Assembly (NCBI RefSeq): GCF_009914755.1
Contig: NC_060934.1
Source: the human T2T-CHM13v2.0 reference genome, Homo sapiens
DNA: 64,000 nt
Reading direction: 5' to 3' (one strand)
Shown here piece by piece: positions 58,194 to 64,000 of the stretch (its first letter is position 1; the number at the start of each line of letters is the position of its first letter). The notes below the pieces were generated by a model. It was not told the DNA's origin. It saw nothing but the letters and a program-made list of their open reading frames with translations, and did not search any database. The position numbers and the translations under genes were made by a program.

Positions 58194-60619
58194 ACTATAT
58201 ATATCCTACCCTTCAAAATTGAAGCAGATAAACTACACATTAGCATTAACTTAGCTGGGTGTAGTGGCACATGCCTGTAGTCCCAGCTACTCAGGAGGCT
58301 GAGAGGGAGGATCATGTGAGCCCAGGAGTTTAAGATCAGCCTGGGCAAACACACTGAGGCCACATTTCGAAAACAAACAAACAAAAAAACACAACAAATC
58401 TTTGATTAAGTTCATTTCCCAAATTTGAAGAGGAGACAATTATTAGATAAAGAGGAGAAAAGAGAAAGGTAGAGCTGCTGACTTCTGTGGTGGAAGCAGA
58501 GGCACAGGCCCAAACATACTCCTGTCCTCCTGGCTTTCCTGTCCCTTCTCATAAGGGACACATGAACCTCTCAAACTGAACCATGGATCACAGACCCATA
58601 CGCAGAACTCAATACAGTTTTGTTCTATGATTTTTTACATGTCTGTGTCCTTGTTTCTGCCTCCCATTCCCAACTCCCTTACTCTAGTTAGAAAAAAATG
58701 GCTATTACCAAATATGAGTACATCCTCATATACTAATGCCAACTGATCACCAGCTGGTTTTCTTCTTTTACAAAGTCATAAATCTTTAGACTTTAACACA
58801 TCTTCCAAGAATAGAATGTTATTTTCCAGTTCATTAACACAAATTCTATATTTAAAATGAAGACTTCACAAGTTGATTTAAATAACATATTAACCAAAAT
58901 AGACTGGCCATGGTTCAAACTGACATTTTAATTAAATGTGATGATAGGTTGAGTAACCTAGCAGTACTCTAAAATGACTTTTGGTTATGGCTTTTTCCAT
59001 ATTATGTTTAGGCTGAGGCATCCCTAAATGATTCAATTGTAATTCCTCTTCTTAAACATGAGATTTATCTTTACAAAATAATTTATTTTCTTAAAATTAC
59101 AAGTTAATTCTATAGTTCATGCATACATAATCTCAGCAGATATTAGCTGTATGTGTACACACAAACATATAGGTATTTGTATATACACACATTACATAAT
59201 TTTTTAAAAAACTTATTAGTAGGGTAGAACCACGAAGACAAAGAGGCTTTGTGTAATGTGATGGAAACACAATTGCAGGACGAACAACAGGCTGCTGTGA
59301 GGGCTGCATTTACCCTTTCTGCTGTAAGACTCGGAAAAACACGGATAGTGGATATTTAATCCGCATAACAGAAATTTCAGGGTGCAGAAAACTTCCCACA
59401 ATTTTTATAGACAATGTCAATAGAAAGGCATTCAATGCAGGGAATACACAGTGTGACAGTATACAAAAATAAGCAGGTTGATGGTTTAGATTTATGAGAC
59501 AAGAGAAAGAAATAGTAGATGATGCCATAATTCTCCTTTTATGGAGTTATGAAAATTGTTCATTTTATATAAGGTCAGGTGCTTTCAAATGTCAATGAGA
59601 AAAATATTCAAAGGAAGAATCAAATCTAAGACATGGAGAGATCTTTATAAAAATGACCTTCAGGCCAGGCACGGTGGCTCACACCTGTAATCCCAACACT
59701 TTGGGAGGCCAAGGTGGATGGATCACAAGGTCGGGGGATCGAGACCATCCTGGCCAACATGGTAAAACCCCATCTCTACTAAAACACAAAAAATTAGCCG
59801 GGAGTGGTGGTGTGTGCCTGTAGTCCCAGCTACTTGGGAGGCTGAGGCAGGAGAATTGCTTGAACCCGGGAGGCAGAGGTTGCAGTGAGCTGAGAGCACC
59901 ACTGCACTCCAGCCTGGCAACAGAGCAAGACTCCATCTCAAAAAAAAAAAAAGAAAAAAAATTACCTTCATTCTGAGAAGGTATAATCATCAACACATTC
60001 TTGAGCACAACTATGCACATACGCACTTCCAAATTCACAAACCATGCTTGTGCACACACTGATGTCTCTAGATTCCTTTTTTGAAGAGAGGGCAACTTGG
60101 TGTGTCACCCAGGCTGGAGAGCAGTGTTAGGATCATAGCTCACTGCAGCCTCAAACTACTGGGGTCACATGATCCTCCTACATCAGGCTCCTCAGTAGCC
60201 TGAACTATAGGAATGAGCCACCATGCCCAGCCAATGTTTTCATTTTTTTGTAGAGATGAAATCTTGCTATATTGCCCAGACTGGTCTTGAACTCCTGGCC
60301 TCAAGGAATCCTCCTGCCTTGCCCTCCAAACGTGCTGAGATTACAGGTGTGAACCATTGTGCCCAGCAACCGGATTCTTTATTAAGAAGAAAATTTGTTT
60401 CCTGACATGTAGGCAATGAATTGATAAATAATAGTTCACAAATTACTAATTTACAAGTCAATATAAATGAGGTGAGTAAACACAAAAATAACAGCATAAA
60501 TTAACAGTTCATGACTTCACGTTTCTTTTTCTCCTTTAAAATGTAGCTCTGACAGAGACTACTACTTGTCCATTCCATGGAAAAGTCAGAGGTGGTTAAA
60601 ATGTCAGAGGTACACTTAC

Positions 60620-60748
60620 TAATACTTTGCTGCCTTTTGTGTAGCTTCCTCTCAGTACTTCACCAGTTGGGATTGACACACCTCTACAGCTGGGTTCAGG
60701 AGCCAGACAGCAGCACACAGAACGGGGAATCCAAAGCCATCTCTGACA
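60620..60748 (-). other. Duplicon exon (129 nt) paralogous to the terminal coding exon of TIMM23B ((V)SEMALDSPFCVLLSGS*)
   Basis: Pyrimidine tract and TAG acceptor (60750-60749), GTAAGT donor from 60619. Translation matches the TIMM23B C-terminal tail as recalled. TGA at 60698-60696. Confidence 0.65.
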
Positions 60749-62310
60749 CTAAAAGCAATGAAAACAAAAATAACCAAACATATTATCAAGAAATGAACAA
60801 GAGATTGATATCAAGTAAAGCAAGAAGAGAAGAAAGCATTTAATCTGCCAGGCTTTCATTCTGACAAAATAATTTACAACATGTATGTCTCTATCTGACA
60901 TGAGTGAATAGAAAAAGAACCCAAATACCCAGTTGAATTGCAAGATGAAAATGAAAAAGAACTCTTGCTTATTTGCCAGGGTACAATCTAATCTGGGCTA
61001 CTAAAACACTTTCATGCACTGATTCTATGTAACACATGCTTTATTGCCATTTGGAAATGGGATTTCTTGCTTTGATTTAAATATACTTCCTTGGATTTCT
61101 GCTTTAAGTATACTTTCTTAAACATATTCACAGTTACATTCTCAGTACAAATTTTCAGGTGTAAGTAACTACTTCTGCTTTTGATAGACAGTATAATTGG
61201 TGAAATAAGCTATACTTCCATGTAAATGTGAGAGTACAAGGTAAGATTCCAGCGTCAAGTAAAACATAACAGTCAAGAAAATAAAAAGGTGAGAGTAACT
61301 GGGCAGTGGGGAAATCTTGTGTGTGGAAAGAATGAATCTGTAAAACTGTTCTTTCCTAAGACAGTTCAGCAGGATTTGGATGATAGAGAGCTTTGTGTAC
61401 AAGGGTTCCAGTTCCACATAGTTTAGGTCTAATTTCAAAGGCAAATTCTAGTGCAACCTGTGACTCACGCTGTCCTAAAGTGCTGTATGTAAAGGGTCTG
61501 GAGATAACCCACAAGCAGCACTGTGAACCCCTGACAGCAAGCCTTTCCAGATAAATACCAGGTCAGTGTCTACAGCTGATGACAGAGCAGAATATCTGAA
61601 AAATAATACTTCTTCGGCCAATGGACTGCCAGTCACTATTATTTAGTGTAAAATACTGTATTACATATGTGTAATTTTTTAAATTGCAGTGTTTCACATC
61701 GAAGCAATTAAATATAAAAACCAAATGTTTATTCAGCTTAAAGGCAACTTAGAAATACTGATCCCAGATAGAAAGATGCTTTAGTCCCAAGTCCGCTGTT
61801 CTAAAATGCCACAACTAAACCAACAAAGGGATCTTGAAGCATAATAAGTGTTCATACCTTTTCAACTATACCTCTGCTTGTCTTGAATATAAAAACCTAA
61901 GCTGCAGTTATGCCACAGCACAGAATGTGTTATATTTTACATCACTGAGCCTTAGTTTTACAAATGGTAAAAAATAGGGAAGGTAAACTGAGGTTTTCTT
62001 AAGGAGCTGTTACATCCAACAGACTCATGAAAATCTTTGCCAAATGTCCCCGGTACATAGCTCCTCCCCACTGATGGGCTCAACGGGGAGAAGCTATGCA
62101 CATGTCTCAATTTGCATATGCTCAATGGCAATACAGGATTCCCAGGATAAAGTAAGGGATATAAATGACACAGCACACTGAAAAGACTGTAATGTTACTT
62201 CAGAACGTTGCAAAATAAAGATCACAGATGAAAGTTTTAGTTCACTGAAGCATGTAGTCATGTATATTTTTCATTTGTGTGTTTTAAAGTCTTATACTGC
62301 TTACATTCTT

Positions 62311-63093
62311 CTTTTTTGTTTGTTTTAAAATAATTATATTTGGCTACAAAGATCAATAACAAGGATGATGTCAGTCCAGGTTGGACAGGCAGTTCTGGGG
62401 CAGATGTTCTTGCAGTGTTCTTTTTTTTTTTTTTTTTTTTTTTTTAGTATTTATTGATCATTCTTGGGTGTTTCTCGGAGAGGGGGATTTGGCAGGGTCA
62501 TAGGACAATAGTGGAGGGAAGGTCAGCAGATAAACATGTGAACAAGGGTCTCTGGTTTTCCTAGGCAGAGGACCCTGCGGCCTTCCGCAGTTTTTGTGTC
62601 CCTGGGTATTTGAGATTAGGGAGTGGTGATGACTCTCAAGGAGCATGCTGCCTTCAAGCATCTGTTTAACAAAGCACATCTTGCACCGCCCTTAATCCAC
62701 TTAACCCTGAGTGGACACAGCACGTTTCAGAGAGCAAGGGGTTGGGGGTAAGGCCATAGATTAACAGCATCCCAAGGCAGAAGAATTTTTCTTAGTACAG
62801 AACAAAATGGAGTCTCCCATGTCTACTTCTTTCTACACAGACACAGCAACAATCTGATTTCTTTTTCCTTTCCCCACACTTCCCCTCCTTCCACTCGACA
62901 AAACCGCCATCGTCATCATGGCCCGTTCTCAATGAGCTGCTGGGTACACCTCCCAGACGGGGTGGCGGCCGGGCAGAGGGGCCCCCCCCACATCCCAGAC
63001 GGGGCAGCCGGGCAGAGGCGCCCCCCACCTCCCTCCTGGAAGGGGCGGCTGGCCAGGTGGGGGCTGCCCCCCGCCTCCCTCCCGGACGGGGCA
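62311..63093 (-). mobile_element. 5'-truncated SVA (SINE-R plus partial VNTR, older SVA_B-like) with a 3' transduction of about 110 bp
   Basis: SVA body 62447-63092, poly(T) 62421-62446. 19-bp TSD TTATACTGCTTACATTCTT at 62292-62310 and 63094-63112. Confidence 0.93.
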
Positions 63094-63534
63094 TTATACT
63101 GCTTACATTCTTATGTGGGAAAATATATCTTGTTTGGGCTTTCTGGATGAAATATGAACAGGCAAAACTAAAAATAATTTTACAACCCAAATCACCAGAT
63201 GTTAATGGCTGGTAATTCAACCAGAAATCTGAAAGACAACATCTATTTCACTGTGATATCAGTGACAAGGAAGATTTTATTTGTGGTATTTAAGTGTAGT
63301 CCTCTGGAACAAATGACTTGGTTCACAGGCAGCACGCCCACTGCTGAACTGCCATGGCCTGACAGCCTGTCTTATTTGCCAAACTGTTCATTAGGTTTGG
63401 CAATCTTCACCTGTGCCTCCAGCTTATATTTCAGCAAATAATACATATCAGTCTGCTTTTGTCATCTTCTGCAGTGAGCTTCCAACACTCCTTTAGCATA
63501 TGGTGCCCCTGCATCTGCAATCCTTCAAACATAC

Positions 63535-63596
63535 CTTGTATACATGTCATTATTTTTCAACTGTCAATTCAGCTTCCAGCTTGGAGGCTAGCCTAG
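63535..63596 (-). ncRNA. Candidate small non-coding exon of the upstream duplicon transcript
   Basis: T-rich tract with AAG acceptor and AAG/GTATG donor. No other support. Confidence 0.25.
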
Positions 63597-64000
63597 CTTA
63601 AATAAAGCAAAAATACAAGACAGAGAATACGCAAAGTAAGTCCTGCATTGTAAATATTAAGTGGGCTGACCAATCATTTAATTAACATTAAAAAAGAATA
63701 CATTCACCATACAAATTTAATATTTAAATATTGATTTCAGAGCATATTTTGGAGTGAGGCACAGGTGACAATAGAGCAGAGGATTCCTCTCCCAATTGTC
63801 TCTGACCTATCCAACCTTTGTTACAGGTCAGAGAGTTCTCCAACTTATAAATAAACAACAGAGATAATGTGGCAACAAGGACACAGAGACGTACTGAGAG
63901 TACTGCTCAGCTCTCTGCCTAGGCCTGATTCTGCTGATCCCTGACAATGAGTGCTGTGAAATTTACAGCAGATCAATACACATACACACAAACACACAAA

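Overview
Human (or closely related great-ape) genomic DNA, recognisable from its genes as the 10q22.2 SYNPO2L-AGAP5 region. It is very rich in Alu and other repeats, and all genes are on the minus strand. Positions 563-3346 hold coding exons 1-3 of SYNPO2L (PDZ domain), with a MEF2/E-box promoter upstream. From about 7 kb onward the sequence appears to be a segmental-duplication mosaic. It contains an orphan FAM25-like promoter and first exon (about 11.1 kb), the complete 8-exon, 686-codon AGAP5 gene (22016-45171), and an upstream region with a TIMM23B-type cryptic exon and other candidate read-through exons. The most notable structure is AGAP5 itself, which is a chimera. Exons 1-7 are the 5' half of a cyclin Y-like (CCNYL) gene, including the MGNxxxCC acylation motif and a locally duplicated 69-nt exon. 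Exon 8 is an intronless, 5'-truncated AGAP1 retrocopy (PH-ArfGAP-ankyrin). Its splice acceptor was made from the retrocopy's own codons, and its GAP zinc finger carries a Cys-to-Tyr change. The window also has two SVAs (one with a 3' transduction), a solo LTR14-type LTR, a twin-primed L1PB, an orphan polyadenylated retro-insertion, and an inverted Alu pair with a homogenised 116-bp tract. Gene and repeat identities come from recall and manual reading, not database searches.
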